64,000 nt of DNA from an uncultured Candidatus Binatia bacterium (GTDB lineage: Bacteria > Desulfobacterota > Binatia > UBA9968 > JAJDTQ01): contig OZ251459.1 in NCBI GenBank assembly GCA_965242525.1, positions 2,944,001 to 3,008,000 on the forward strand, written 5' to 3'. The notes under the pieces are model-generated. The model did no database searches. It saw only the letters and a list, made by a program, of their open reading frames with translations, and was not told the DNA's origin. The position numbers and the translations under genes are program-made. Positions 1 to 10,046 of this stretch are shown piece by piece; the stretch's first letter is position 1; every line of letters starts with the position of its first letter.

Positions 1-344
1 GACACCGCGCACAACGGGTCCGGCGGCAGCGGCAGCCCGGGAACGTGCAGCTCCCCCGCGGAGATGATGGCGGTGACCCCGCCGTGCATGTAATGGGTGA
101 TCCACCCCTGGGAGTTCTGGGCCGGCGTGAAATCCCCGAAGGTCGGGTGCGAGTGCGAGTCGATGAGGCCGGGGACCACCGTGGTCCCGTTGGCGTCGAT
201 GGTCCGATCCGCGCTGCCGCCCAGCCCCTTCCCGATCTCCCGGAAGACCCCGTCCGCCACCAGGATCGAGTCCGCGTCCCGCAGAGGGTCGTCGATAACC
301 CCGGTTACCAGCGTCCCTATGTTCCTGATCAGCGTCGTGCCCAT
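1..344 (-). CDS. Enamidase-like metal-dependent amidohydrolase, 5' part (runs off window start)
   Basis: Manual translation MGTTLIRNIGTLVTG...VVPGLIDSHSHPTFGDF...HGGVTAIISAGELHVPG; PGLIDxHxH amidohydrolase motif; resembles enamidase N-terminus. Confidence 0.75.
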   Translation of the reverse strand, partial: MGTTLIRNIGTLVTGVIDDPLRDADSILVADGVFREIGKGLGGSADRTIDANGTTVVPGLIDSHSHPTFGDFTPAQNSQGWITHYMHGGVTAIISAGELHVPGLPLPPDPLCAV

Positions 345-552
345 GTTCCCGGCCCCCTTGCGGCGTCGAGACTCCAACCGGCCGTAACCGGCCGTCGGTG
401 TGACGAGCTTGGGGAACCTAGCACAGATACCGGAGAAATTCAGGGGTTGGGCTGCCAGGGGCTCGATGGCAAGGAGCGTTGACGTGAAGTCCAGGAGGCA
501 GGAAGGCGTATGTGCAAGATGCAGGAAGGCCACCCCCGCGGACGTCCCTCCC

Positions 553-601
553 CGTCATCCCCGCGAAAGCATGTCCTCGCGGAAGCGGGGGCGGAAATCC
601 A
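553..601 (+). repeat. Palindromic repeat family B (GTCATTCCCGCGAAAGCGGGAATCCA type), variant with internal hairpin insert
   Basis: CGTCATCCCCGCGAAAGCATGTCCTCGCGGAAGCGGGGGCGGAAATCCA; same variant inverted at ~34482-34530. Confidence 0.8.
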
Positions 602-629
602 TCAGGCGTCGAGGTCGAGGAGGAAGCTC

Positions 630-929
630 TCATCGGGTCTGCCTGCCTGCTGTCCGACCCCGTTCATGCCGCTGGATATGCTCGCGGAGCACCAGGTTGA
701 TCTCCGTCTGGTAACCGCGGCCTCCCTGCGCATGCGCCTTGAACCACGCCACGATCTCCGCGTCCAGCCGCAACGTGACCTGTTGTTTGACAGGCCGATA
801 GAATGCGCCTCGCCTTGCCCCTGACCAATCGAGAAGCTCAGGGACCTCCGTCGTGTCAATCCGGTCGTCGGGCAATTCCGAAAGCGCCCGGAGCTCCTTC
901 TTCTGTCCGGTCGTCAATTTGGAATGCAT
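630..929 (-). CDS. BrnA-family antitoxin, orphan
   Basis: IDTTEVPEL..W..A.RG.FYRPVKQQVTLRLDAEIVAWFK...GYQTEINLVLR is a BrnA signature; no BrnT upstream, a MITE is there instead. Confidence 0.85.
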   Translation of the reverse strand: MHSKLTTGQKKELRALSELPDDRIDTTEVPELLDWSGARRGAFYRPVKQQVTLRLDAEIVAWFKAHAQGGRGYQTEINLVLREHIQRHERGRTAGRQTR

Positions 930-960
930 GAGGCCGCCCCCTTCATGGCACAACTCCCCC

Positions 961-1097
961 AGGGAACCCCTGGACAATCGAGACATCCAGGCCGGATTCC
1001 CTCATCCTGCCCCCTCCATCCCCGTTCGTCCTGAGCGTAGCGAAGCGGAGTCGAAGGACGCGCCCATGCCCCTGTCCCGATTGTCCAGGGGGTCCCT
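961..1097 (+). mobile_element. MITE-like composite element: TIRs enclosing repeat family A
   Basis: AGGGAACCCCTGGACAATCG...CGATTGTCCAGGGGGTCCCT inverted ends; internal CCGTTCGTCCTGAGCGTAGCGAAGCGGAGTCGAAGGACGCG. Confidence 0.8.
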
Positions 1098-1149
1098 TGC
1101 AGGTTATGAACGGCAAGGGCATGTGGTATGGTTGGAGCGGAGGCCCTTC

Positions 1150-1392
1150 ATGCAATGGCGCCGCTACATCCATAGCGACCCGTCCATCCTTGCGGGCAAA
1201 CCCGTAGTCCGGGGAACCCGACTGTCCGTCGAGTTCCTGCTCGGCCTGATGGCCGACGGCTGGACCGAACGGCAGATCCTGGAGAACTACCCGCAACTTT
1301 CCGTAGAGACGTTGCGGGCGACCTTCGCTTTCGCCGCGGAATGCACGCGGGACGAACGGGTTTACGCCGTACGTGGCGGAACGCCACGTTGA
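1150..1392 (+). CDS. DUF433 putative antitoxin
   Basis: IHSDPSILAGKPVVRGTRLSVEFLLGLMADGWTERQILENYPQL. Confidence 0.9.
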   Translation: MQWRRYIHSDPSILAGKPVVRGTRLSVEFLLGLMADGWTERQILENYPQLSVETLRATFAFAAECTRDERVYAVRGGTPR

Positions 1393-1463
1393 AGTTGCTG
1401 GCAAACGAGAACGTGCCTCTGGCCGGCATGGAGTCTCTCTCCGAGTATGGAACATGACGTTAA
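1389..1463 (+). pseudogene. Truncated, frameshifted DUF5615 PIN-like toxin remnant
   Basis: TTG start overlapping the DUF433 stop; (M)KLLANENVP..., then shifted-frame HDV, then lost. Confidence 0.65.
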
Positions 1464-1524
1464 TCGGTTTCCATTTCCGCGCCAAGGCGCTACGATCTTC
1501 CGTGCCGGGTCAGGGGGAAACTCA

Positions 1525-1686
1525 ATGAGCACGGAATACACCATCGTTATCGAGGAGGACGAAGACGGCTACTACGTGGGAAGCGTTCCCGCCCTTCCGG
1601 GCTGCCATACACAGGCCAAGTCAATCGACCAATTGCTCGAACGACTGCGGGAGGCGATTGCGCTCTGGCTCGATGTAGAAGACTAG
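1525..1686 (+). CDS. HicB-family antitoxin, C-terminal tail lost by frameshift
   Basis: YTIVIEEDEDGYYVGSVPALPGCHTQAKSIDQLLERLREAIALWL; typical tail LELVSIQRIAV* continues in another frame to ~1736. Confidence 0.8.
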   Translation: MSTEYTIVIEEDEDGYYVGSVPALPGCHTQAKSIDQLLERLREAIALWLDVED

Positions 1687-1732
1687 GCGTGCCGGGGTCG
1701 CTCGAACTGGTCAGCATTCAAAGAATAGCCGT

Positions 1733-1783
1733 ATGAACGGGATGCTGCAGGTGGCAGGCGGTCATGTAATACGAGTTGTGTAG
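1733..1783 (+). pseudogene. Possible HicA N-terminal remnant
   Basis: MNGMLQVAGGHVIRVV* overlaps the ancestral hicB stop (ATGA). Confidence 0.4.
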
Positions 1784-1820
1784 CGACGAACCGCCATCAA
1801 CACTGATGTCTATGGACCGG

Positions 1821-2942
1821 TTACTTGCGCGGATAGCGTGCCACTGTCGCCCGTAACTGGTCAGCATAGTCCGAGATGTTGTCGAGGGATTTCAAGGAGT
1901 GTTGCGTCTCCTTCTTGGCTTCGTCAAACAAACCCAGTCTCATCACGTTTGTTGCTTTGAAGTATAGCCGGCAGATGCGCTTCTGTTGGTTGTCATCAAG
2001 CAACACCGTGCAGTAAGATCGTGCAGTCCGCACATCAATTCGGTTCTGATCAACTATCTGGGCGACGATGTTTCTCACTTTATTGAGACCTTCCTTCTCT
2101 TGGTCCGTGGCTTTTCTATTTCTGCCTTCCTTGACCTCTTCATGTGGGTCGTCAGGTCGCCTGACTCTCGAACGCTCTGTGACCGAGACTTCGTAATTCT
2201 CCTGAGTAGCATTCATAGACGAAGCCTTCTCCAAGGTTTTCTTGACCTCCTTCTTCGATTCGTCGGAAATAAACTCATGGAAAGCCTGTTTTACCAAATC
2301 TGTAAAAGACTCTCTGATTTTTTGGGTCATCTTCTTGTCATAGACTTGACGGGCGAGTAATATCACGAAGTCTTTGTCTGGTTGATTATACATCTCATGC
2401 AAATACTCCTTCATACCCCCGACGTACTTCAGCTTTTCAGCAGCATCATAACCTTTCTCGACATCGAGGGAAGATTTGTCAAGGTGTAGCTTATTTAACG
2501 CATCCACATCACTCTGGCTTAGATGAGCGAGGTCGATTTCCAGAAATGGGTTCGTGTCCATCTTACCCTTTTTGTTAAAATCGCTGTAGAATTTATAGAC
2601 GATACCATTCGTGAGGATAGCGAAGCGTGCGTCGGTATCATTAAAATACCTACCTAACTGTTCTTCTTTACCAGCGTCTAGCGGATCACTGACTTTCTTG
2701 CACTCGATCAGGATTACGGGCTTACCATCGTGCATGATGGCGATGTCCACTTTCTTGCCCTTCTTATCTGCAAAGTCAGCAGTAGATTCAGGAACAACTT
2801 CGGCTGGGTCAAAAATGTCATATCCCAACTTCCGTATAAACGGCAGAACCAGAGCAATCTTGGCAGCCTCCTCCGTGTCCAAATAGTCCTGTTGCTCTAT
2901 GGCCTTCTGCGAAAGCATCTTCAAAGCCTCTGATGACAACAT
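1821..2942 (-). CDS. Type I restriction HsdR N-terminal-domain (PD-(D/E)xK) protein, stand-alone
   Basis: TEEAAKIALVLPFIRKLGYDIFDPAEVVPE, KVDIAI...IECKK, AILTNG..Y.FYSD; RBS AAGGAGG; much lower GC than flanks. Confidence 0.85.
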   Translation of the reverse strand: MLSSEALKMLSQKAIEQQDYLDTEEAAKIALVLPFIRKLGYDIFDPAEVVPESTADFADKKGKKVDIAIMHDGKPVILIECKKVSDPLDAGKEEQLGRYFNDTDARFAILTNGIVYKFYSDFNKKGKMDTNPFLEIDLAHLSQSDVDALNKLHLDKSSLDVEKGYDAAEKLKYVGGMKEYLHEMYNQPDKDFVILLARQVYDKKMTQKIRESFTDLVKQAFHEFISDESKKEVKKTLEKASSMNATQENYEVSVTERSRVRRPDDPHEEVKEGRNRKATDQEKEGLNKVRNIVAQIVDQNRIDVRTARSYCTVLLDDNQQKRICRLYFKATNVMRLGLFDEAKKETQHSLKSLDNISDYADQLRATVARYPRK

Positions 2943-2998
2943 GTTGTGCCTCCTTTTCGACCGCTGGCAACTCACTGCCCCGAAATGCCCCTCGCGGG

Positions 2999-3541
2999 TT
3001 ACTTCGCGGCGGCCTTCCTCTCGACGACCCCGCAGGCGATGCGGCCGCCGGCGCCGCCGATGGGTTGGGTCATGTGGTCGTCGGGGTTGGCGTGGATGAT
3101 GACGGCAGAGCCGTCCGCGTCCAGCAGCGCCGGGGCGCTCTTGCCGTCGGCAACGCTCACCAGGGTGGTGTAGAACTCGGCCATGCCGGTTCCGTCCGCG
3201 GCCACGTACAGGTTGGGCAGGTCGCCGTTGTCCGGGCCGTCCGGGTTGCGCAGGCCGTGGGCGCGCTTGTGCGGGTTGATGTGTCCCTTGGCGGCCTTGA
3301 AGTCGGGGGCGCAGCCGCCGACGCTGTGCAGGTGGATGCCGTGGGGGCCGGGGGGCAGGCCGGCCACCTTGACGAACAGGAGCACGCCGCCGGGGGCCTG
3401 CTCGAAGGCCACTTCTCCGATGACCTTGCCGTCCGTGTTGACCATCTCGGCCGCGGCCATGTCCGCGGCCGTTGCGGGCAATGCAGCCACGGAAAGCGCT
3501 GCGACCGCGGCCAGAACCAGCGTCCCGGCATACCTTCCCAC
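2999..3541 (-). CDS. sodC: Periplasmic Cu/Zn superoxide dismutase (start uncertain)
   Basis: Signal peptide; HGIHLH, GHINP, HG..NPDGPDNGDLPNL, IIHANPDD, GGAGGRIACG. Confidence 0.9.
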   Translation of the reverse strand: MGRYAGTLVLAAVAALSVAALPATAADMAAAEMVNTDGKVIGEVAFEQAPGGVLLFVKVAGLPPGPHGIHLHSVGGCAPDFKAAKGHINPHKRAHGLRNPDGPDNGDLPNLYVAADGTGMAEFYTTLVSVADGKSAPALLDADGSAVIIHANPDDHMTQPIGGAGGRIACGVVERKAAAK

Positions 3542-3587
3542 CGCGTTCGCGCTTGCCCGCAGCGACTGCGAAAACAGGAACTGTCCA

Positions 3588-3854
3588 CTACCGCATTCTT
3601 CGAGACTTCCCATTGGTGACCTCCGTTCCTGAAACATCGCCATCCGTGCCTGCCGGCTCATCCGCAGGTTTCGGATTCGATACGCCTTCCGCTTCCGGCT
3701 TTATGCGGCGCGCCGGGAGTCTGATATACCTTCTCCCGCTCGCCCGTTGCTGAGCTACCAGGTCTTCGACGATCCGATCCGGGTCGTAGTCGAACTGCGC
3801 TGCGTGCTCCTGCCTGTATCGCCGTATTTCTTCGACTATGGGATCGTCCTTCAT
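3588..3854 (-). CDS. Small protein of a family usually found downstream of PIN-domain genes (putative orphan antitoxin)
   Basis: MKDDPIVEEIRRYRQEHAAQFDYDPDRIVEDL; RBS GAGGG; a repeat lies upstream instead of a PIN gene. Confidence 0.55.
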   Translation of the reverse strand: MKDDPIVEEIRRYRQEHAAQFDYDPDRIVEDLVAQQRASGRRYIRLPARRIKPEAEGVSNPKPADEPAGTDGDVSGTEVTNGKSRRMR

Positions 3855-3889
3855 GTTCCGTCCCTCGATAGTTCCTTCGGCGTCCATGT

Positions 3890-3951
3890 CGCGTCCTTCG
3901 ACTTCGCTTCGCTACGCTCAGGACGAACGGAGGCAATTGTACAGGGTTTCC
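3890..3951 (-). repeat. Repeat family A plus one MITE end
   Basis: CGCGTCCTTCGACTTCGCTTCGCTACGCTCAGGACGAACGG...ATTGTACAGGGTTTCC. Confidence 0.85.
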
Positions 3952-4132
3952 GCAAGTTGTCCAGTCGTTCCCCTCCACTACTCCGGTCCAGGGCCGGGCT
4001 TCGACGGACGAGGAGATATGCGAGTCGTTCAGGGCTTCCTTGACGGTCCGTTCAGAGTCTCCTACGGTCCTTCACGGGACCGTTGTGCAGAGTTTTCCAT
4101 GGCCACCCGCCGCTACCATGACAGCCTCGCCG

Positions 4133-4909
4133 CTAATGCGACAATATCTGGCTCAGGAACAGCTTGGTGCGGTCGTTCCGGGGGTGGTTGAAGAACTCTT
4201 CGGGGGTGTTCTCCTCGATGATCTCGCCGCCGTCCATGAAGATGACACGGTGGGCGGCCCGGCGGGCGAAGCCCATCTCGTGGGTGACTACCAGCATGGT
4301 CATGCCGCTCTCAGCCAGTTCGATCATGGTGTCGAGCACTTCCTTGATCATCTCCGGGTCCAGGGCGGAAGTCGGCTCGTCGAACAGCATGATCCGGGGC
4401 TGCATGCACAGGGCCCGGGCAATGGCCACCCGTTGCTGCTGGCCGCCGGAGAGTTGCCCCGGGTACTTGTGGGCCTGCTCCGGGATGCGCACCCGCTCCA
4501 GCAGCCGCAGGGCGATCTCTTCCGCGTCCCGCCTGGGCAGCTTGCGCACCCAGATGGGTCCCAGGGTGCAGTTCTCCATCACCGTGAGATGGGGGAACAG
4601 GTTGAAGTGCTGGAACACCATCCCCACCTCGGAACGGACCCGCTCGATGTCCTTCAGGTCCCGGGTCAGCTCCACGCCGTCCACCACGATGGCGCCCCGC
4701 TGGTGGACTTCGAGCCGGTTGATGCAGCGGATCAGCGTCGATTTGCCGGATCCGGACGGCCCGCAGATGACGATGCGTTCCCCCGCGGTGACGCGCAGGT
4801 GGATGTTCTTGAGCGCGTGGAACGCGCCGTACCACTTGTTCATGCCGGTGATCTCGACCATCACCTTGGAGGGGTCGAGGGAGGACTCGATGCGATCGAC
4901 TTCTTCCAT
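4133..4909 (-). CDS. aapP: Amino-acid ABC transporter ATP-binding protein (AapP/BztD-like)
   Basis: [35 protein letters not shown]. Confidence 0.93.
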   Translation of the reverse strand: MEEVDRIESSLDPSKVMVEITGMNKWYGAFHALKNIHLRVTAGERIVICGPSGSGKSTLIRCINRLEVHQRGAIVVDGVELTRDLKDIERVRSEVGMVFQHFNLFPHLTVMENCTLGPIWVRKLPRRDAEEIALRLLERVRIPEQAHKYPGQLSGGQQQRVAIARALCMQPRIMLFDEPTSALDPEMIKEVLDTMIELAESGMTMLVVTHEMGFARRAAHRVIFMDGGEIIEENTPEEFFNHPRNDRTKLFLSQILSH

Positions 4910-4922
4910 GGCGCTTCCGTTC

Positions 4923-6047
4923 CTACCGGTCGCCCACGCTCAACCTCTTCTCGAGCCACAGGGAGTAACGCGACATGGCGAAGCAGCTCACGAAGAAGAA
5001 CAGCGCGATGAACAGGTACGTTTCGTTGGAGAGCCCGTTCCACTTGGCGTCCGCGAGGATGGCCCGGGCCACTCCGAGGGGGTCCAGCAACCCGATGATT
5101 ACAACCAGCGTGCTGTCCTTGTAAAGGCCGATGAAGACGTTGACGATGCCCGGTATGGAGATCTTGAGGGCCTGGGGCAGGGTGATGAGCCAGGTGGTCC
5201 TCCAGTAGGACAGGCCCAGGGCGTCGGCCGCCTCGTACTGGCCTCGGGGAATGGCCTGCAGGCCGCCGCGCACGGCTTCCGCGATATAGGCCGCGGCAAA
5301 GAGCGTGACCATCACCAGCACCCGCAACAGCAGGTTGAAGCTGGTCCCCGGGGGCAGGAAGTAGTTGAGCATGGTGGAGGCGATGAACAGCAGCGTGATG
5401 AGGGGGACGCCGCGCAGGACCTCGATGAAGGCGGTGGAGAGGACCCGGATGGCGATGAGGCGCGACTGCCGCCCCAGGGCGAGCAGGATGCCCAGCGGAA
5501 GCGAGGCCACGATGCCGGTGACCCCGAGGATCAGCGTCAACAGGAAGCCGCCATAGGCGCCCGTATCGACCACCGGCAGGAACAGGCCGCCGTAGATCAG
5601 CCAGGCCGCGACCGCGGGATAAGCCAGTGAGAACCAGAGCAGCCGGCGGCGGAAGGGCGTGCGGTCGAACAGCACCGGGGCCAGGGCCGGCGCCAGCAGG
5701 ACGAAGGCCAGGATGGGGCGCCAGCGCTGGGCTTCGGGATAGAAGCCGTAAACGAACTGGTCCATGCGCGTGGCCACCACCGCCCAGCAGGCGCCGTCCC
5801 CCAGCTCGGCGCATTCCGTGCGGGAGCCGGCCTCCACCACCGCGTCCAGCACGAACCAGCCCAGGGTCGCGGTCACGAACTCGTAGATCAGCCACAGACA
5901 CACCACGGTGAGCGCGGCGTTGAGCGGCGACGAGAACAGGTTGGCCCGCAGCCAGCCCACCACGCCGGTGGACCCCGGAGGGGGCGGCAGGTCCGGGTGG
6001 CTTCCGGGCGGGTATTCGCGGGGCGCGGTCTGGACGGTCTGGACCAT
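4923..6047 (-). CDS. aapM: Amino-acid ABC permease (AapM/BztC-like)
   Basis: [50 protein letters not shown]. Confidence 0.9.
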   Translation of the reverse strand: MVQTVQTAPREYPPGSHPDLPPPPGSTGVVGWLRANLFSSPLNAALTVVCLWLIYEFVTATLGWFVLDAVVEAGSRTECAELGDGACWAVVATRMDQFVYGFYPEAQRWRPILAFVLLAPALAPVLFDRTPFRRRLLWFSLAYPAVAAWLIYGGLFLPVVDTGAYGGFLLTLILGVTGIVASLPLGILLALGRQSRLIAIRVLSTAFIEVLRGVPLITLLFIASTMLNYFLPPGTSFNLLLRVLVMVTLFAAAYIAEAVRGGLQAIPRGQYEAADALGLSYWRTTWLITLPQALKISIPGIVNVFIGLYKDSTLVVIIGLLDPLGVARAILADAKWNGLSNETYLFIALFFFVSCFAMSRYSLWLEKRLSVGDR

Positions 6048-6049
6048 GG

Positions 6050-7303
6050 TCAGCGCTCCACCAACCGGACCCGCCGGTTGTACCAGTTCATGAACAGGGC
6101 GATGCCGAGGGAGATGGCCAGATAGACCACCATGACCAGCATCATGGCTTCGATCTCCCGCCCCGTCTGGTTCAGGGTGATGCCGCCCAGGGTGGCCACC
6201 AAGTCCATGTAGCCGATGGCGATGGCCAGGGACGAGTTCTTGGTGAGGTCCAGGTAGGACGAGGTGAGCGGCGGGACGATCACCCGCATGGCCTGGGGCA
6301 TGACCACCAGGCTCAGGACGCGCCGCCGGGGCAGCCCCAGGGACTGGGCCGCCTCGACCTGGCCCTTGTCGGTGGCGAGGATGCCGGCGCGCACGTTCTC
6401 GGCGATGAAGCCGGAGGTATAGACCGCCAGGGCCCAGGTCAGGGCCACGAGCTCGGGGGTGAGATAGACGCCGCCCTGGAAGTTGAAGCCCCGGAGCTCG
6501 GGTATCTCGAAGGAGACGGTGGCGCCCACCGCAACGAAGGTCAGCACCGGCAGGCCCAGGAGCAGGGCCGCGGAGATCCAGCCTCCGGGGAGCTGGCGGC
6601 CGGTGGCCTCCCGCACCCGGCGCACCCGGCGGCGCACCCGGAACACGGCCGCTACGGCCGCAACCGCGGCCAGGGCCACCCACGTGAAGCCGGACTCGAA
6701 CATCGGCCGGGGAACGTAGAAGCCCCGGTTGGTGAGGAACGCGACCTCGCCCAACTCGATGGCCTCCCGGGGATGGGGCAGCGTGTTGATGGCGACGCCG
6801 TGCCAGAGCAGGATGAGCAGGAGCACCGGGGTGTTGCGGTTGAACTCCACGTAGAGGTAGGCGAGGCGCGAGGCCAGCCAGTTCTCCGACAGCCGGAGGA
6901 TGCCCACCAGGAACCCCAGCACCGTGGCCAGCGCGATGCCCACCAGCGCCACCAGCCCCGTGTTGATGAGGCCCACCAGCGCCGCCCGCAGGTGCGTGTC
7001 CCGGTTGCTGTACTCGATCAGGGTCTGGTTGATGTCGTAGTTGGCGGGCAGTTGCCAGAGGAAACTGAAACCGAAGGTCTTGTCGAGGGCGGCGTAGTTG
7101 GCGACGACGTTGCCGATCATCCAGGCGACGGACGCGAACACCGCGAACACCACCATGATCTGGACGGCCACGCCGTGCACGGTCTCGTCGCGCCACAGGC
7201 GCCCCGCACGCGACAACGCGCCTGACACGGTGTTGTGAGGTTTCGCCACGCCCGGCGTCGGGCGTGAAGCCGTGTGGAGCCGGGGCGGCCCCACACGGCT
7301 CAC
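6050..7303 (-). CDS. aapQ: Amino-acid ABC permease (AapQ/BztB-like), start uncertain
   Basis: FGFSFL...DINQTLIEY, RNTPVLL, GFNFQGG...PE, KNSSLAIAIGY. Confidence 0.9.
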   Translation of the reverse strand: MSRVGPPRLHTASRPTPGVAKPHNTVSGALSRAGRLWRDETVHGVAVQIMVVFAVFASVAWMIGNVVANYAALDKTFGFSFLWQLPANYDINQTLIEYSNRDTHLRAALVGLINTGLVALVGIALATVLGFLVGILRLSENWLASRLAYLYVEFNRNTPVLLLILLWHGVAINTLPHPREAIELGEVAFLTNRGFYVPRPMFESGFTWVALAAVAAVAAVFRVRRRVRRVREATGRQLPGGWISAALLLGLPVLTFVAVGATVSFEIPELRGFNFQGGVYLTPELVALTWALAVYTSGFIAENVRAGILATDKGQVEAAQSLGLPRRRVLSLVVMPQAMRVIVPPLTSSYLDLTKNSSLAIAIGYMDLVATLGGITLNQTGREIEAMMLVMVVYLAISLGIALFMNWYNRRVRLVER

Positions 7304-7328
7304 GCGTCGAGGAAGGCCCCCTCCGGGC

Positions 7329-8369
7329 CTACCGGAAGGGCGGAGCGTAGATCAGCCCGCCGTCCGTCCACTGGGCGTTGACGCCCCGGCCCAGACCGAT
7401 GGGCGTATCCTTGCCGATGTTGGCCTCGAAGGACTCGCCGTAGTTGCCCACCTGTGCGATGACGTTCACCGCCCAGTCCCTGGACAGGCCCAGCGTCTCC
7501 CGGCCCTGCAACTCTTCGTTGCCCAGCAGGCGGTTGATCTCCGGGTTCTTGGTGCCTTCCGCCATCTTCTTCGCGTTCTTGGAGGTGACGCCCATCTCCT
7601 CCGCGGCGATCATGGCGTTGAGGGTCCAGCGGACGATGTCCGCCCACTGGTCGTCGCCCTGCCGCACCAGCGGACCCAGGGGCTCCTTGGAGATGACCTC
7701 GGGCAGCACCACGTGCGCATCGGGGTCGTCCAGCGCCGCCCGCGTGGCCGCAAGGCCCGAACGGTCGGTGGTATAGACGTCGCAACGACCGGCCAGGTAG
7801 TTCGTGCGCGCTTCGGAGTTGGTCTCGATGGGCACCGGCTCGTACTTCTTGTCGTTCGCCCGGAAGAAGTCCGCGAGGTTCAGCTCGGTGGTGGTGCCGG
7901 TCTGGATGCAGACGGAGGCCCCGTCCAGGTCCTTGGCGGACTCGACGTTGAGCTTCCTGGGGACCATGAAGCCCTGGCCATCGTAGTAGTTCACGCCCAC
8001 GAAGGTGAACTGCAAGTCCACGTCCCGGCTGAAGGTCCAGGTGGTGTTGCGCGACAGCATGTCGATCTCGCCGGACCGCAGGGCGGTGAAGCGCGTCTTG
8101 CCGGTGAGGTTGGTGTACTTGACCTTGTCGGCGTCGCCGAACACCGCGGCCGCCACCGCCCGGCACACGTCCACGTCGAAGCCCCGCCACACGCCCTTGT
8201 CGTCCGGCGCGGCAAAGCCCACCAGTCCGGTGTTGATGCCGCATTGCAGGTGGCCGCGCTTGCGGACGTCGTCCAGCGTACCCGCCGCGGCGTAGGACGC
8301 CGCCAGCGCCGCCGCCACCAGCGCGGCAAGGCCGCTCGAAAATACACGCAAGGATCTCTTCCTCTTCAT
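7329..8369 (-). CDS. aapJ: Amino-acid ABC substrate-binding protein (AapJ/BztA-like)
   Basis: Signal peptide; GFDVDVCRAVAAA, LSRNTTWT, ISKEPLGP, VGNYGE, GGLIYAPPFR. Confidence 0.92.
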   Translation of the reverse strand: MKRKRSLRVFSSGLAALVAAALAASYAAAGTLDDVRKRGHLQCGINTGLVGFAAPDDKGVWRGFDVDVCRAVAAAVFGDADKVKYTNLTGKTRFTALRSGEIDMLSRNTTWTFSRDVDLQFTFVGVNYYDGQGFMVPRKLNVESAKDLDGASVCIQTGTTTELNLADFFRANDKKYEPVPIETNSEARTNYLAGRCDVYTTDRSGLAATRAALDDPDAHVVLPEVISKEPLGPLVRQGDDQWADIVRWTLNAMIAAEEMGVTSKNAKKMAEGTKNPEINRLLGNEELQGRETLGLSRDWAVNVIAQVGNYGESFEANIGKDTPIGLGRGVNAQWTDGGLIYAPPFR

Positions 8370-8397
8370 GGGTGCCCTCCTGTGAGAATTTTGGGCA

Positions 8398-8426
8398 ACC
8401 ATAGTAACTGAACTCCGCTTTTGCAA
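8398..8426 (-). promoter_or_regulatory. Putative sigma70 promoter for the aap operon
   Basis: TTGCAA-17bp-TATGGT on minus strand. Confidence 0.45.
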
Positions 8427-8444
8427 CCCGCGCTGCCGCGTCCC

Positions 8445-8474
8445 TTGACACCGCAATCGGCTACCGGATACATT
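8445..8474 (+). promoter_or_regulatory. Putative sigma70 promoter for the ATP-grasp operon
   Basis: TTGACA-18bp-TACATT. Confidence 0.5.
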
Positions 8475-8506
8475 CCGGGGGAACGCCGAGTTGGGAGAAC
8501 GCTCGA

Positions 8507-10033
8507 ATGGCGCCCGATAAGTCCACGGTCCGACCCCCGTCAGCTTCCCCGATCCCGCCTCCGGGTTCGGGCGGCGCCGACGTGTCCCGACCGGGCATGG
8601 GGGCGTTCGCCACGTACGAGCTCGACGAGCGCTTCTACGACGAGATGTTCGAGTCGGACGGGAGCCCGCGGGAGGCGTCCCGACGCCTCAACGGGGCGCT
8701 GACGGAACTCACCCCCGAGGACCTCACCAAGTTCCAGGAAGGCGTCTATCGACACTTCCTGCACGAAGGCATCACCTTTACGGTCCTCGACGCCGACCAG
8801 GCCACCGACAAGATCATCCCCATCGACTGCGTGCCCCGGCTGCTGACCGCGGCCGAGTGGGACCACGTGGAGCGGGGCCTCAAGCAGCGCCTGGCGGCCC
8901 TCAACCTGTTCCTCAAGGACGTGTACCACGAGGGCCGTTGCCTGCGGGACAAGGTGGTGCCCATCGACCTGGTGCTCGGCTGCCCGCAATACCGCATGGA
9001 GATGCGCGGGGTGAAGGTCCCCCACGACGTCTACGTGGCCGTGTGCGGCACCGACCTCATCCGCACCCACGAAGGGTTCGCGGTGCTGGAGGACAACCTG
9101 CGGGTCCCCTCCGGGGTGTCCTACATGCTCGCCTGCCGCAACGCCACCAAGGACGCGTTCCCCAAGCTGTACCGCGCCCACCGGGTGCGCGAGGTGGCCG
9201 ATTACGCCCAGCGCCTCTATTCCGTCCTCGCCTCCCTGAGCCCCTCGTGGGACCGCCCGAACATGGCGGTGCTGACCCCGGGCATGTACAACGCCGCCTA
9301 TTACGAGCACGCCTTCCTCGCCGGCGAGATGGGCATCGACCTGGTGGAGGGGCAGGATCTGGTCATGCGCGACGCCGCCCTGTATGCGCGCACCACGTCC
9401 GGACTCCGCCGCGTGGACGTGCTCTACCGGCGCGTGGACGACCACTTCCTGGACCCGGTGACGTTCTGGGGCGAATCGATCCTCGGGGCCCCGGGCCTCT
9501 TCCACGCCTACCGGTCCGGCAACCTGGCCCTGGCCAACGCCCCCGGCACCGGGGTGGCGGACGACAAGAGCCTGTACGCCTACGTCCCGAAGATCATCCG
9601 CTACTTCCTCGACCAAGAGCCGATCCTGAACAACGTGGAGACCTACCTCTGCCGGGAGGACGAAGGGTTGGCCTACACCCTGGATCACCTCCCCGAGCTG
9701 GTGGTCAAGGAAGTGGGCGGAGCGGGCGGCTACGGGATGCTGGTGGGGCCCCACGCATCCGCGGACGAACGCGCCCGATACGCCGAGCGGCTGCGCGCCG
9801 ACCCGTCGAACTTCATTGCGCAGCCGGTGCAGGGCCTTTCCCGGGCCCCGTGCTTCGTGGACGGGGTCATCGAGCCGCGCCACGTGGACCTGCGCCCCTT
9901 CGTGCTGCAGGGGCGCAGCGAGCAGCACGTGGTCCCGGGCGGGCTGTGCCGGGTCGCGCTCCGGCGCGGCAGCCTGGTGGTGAACTCCAGCCAGGGAGGC
10001 GGCTGCAAGGACTTATGGATCCTGGACGACTAG
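8507..10033 (+). CDS. Circularly permuted ATP-grasp type 2 protein
   Basis: YDEMF, VLEDNLRVPSGVSYML, LYRRVDD..LDP, NAPGTGVADDK, RHVDLRPF, VVNSSQGGG.KD.W. Confidence 0.92.
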   Translation: MAPDKSTVRPPSASPIPPPGSGGADVSRPGMGAFATYELDERFYDEMFESDGSPREASRRLNGALTELTPEDLTKFQEGVYRHFLHEGITFTVLDADQATDKIIPIDCVPRLLTAAEWDHVERGLKQRLAALNLFLKDVYHEGRCLRDKVVPIDLVLGCPQYRMEMRGVKVPHDVYVAVCGTDLIRTHEGFAVLEDNLRVPSGVSYMLACRNATKDAFPKLYRAHRVREVADYAQRLYSVLASLSPSWDRPNMAVLTPGMYNAAYYEHAFLAGEMGIDLVEGQDLVMRDAALYARTTSGLRRVDVLYRRVDDHFLDPVTFWGESILGAPGLFHAYRSGNLALANAPGTGVADDKSLYAYVPKIIRYFLDQEPILNNVETYLCREDEGLAYTLDHLPELVVKEVGGAGGYGMLVGPHASADERARYAERLRADPSNFIAQPVQGLSRAPCFVDGVIEPRHVDLRPFVLQGRSEQHVVPGGLCRVALRRGSLVVNSSQGGGCKDLWILDD

Positions 10034-10046
10034 CGAGGTCTGGACC

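Noticed and set aside
8415-8440. Sigma54 promoter for the nitrogen locus
   Set aside because: GG-to-GC spacing is 11 bp rather than the required 10
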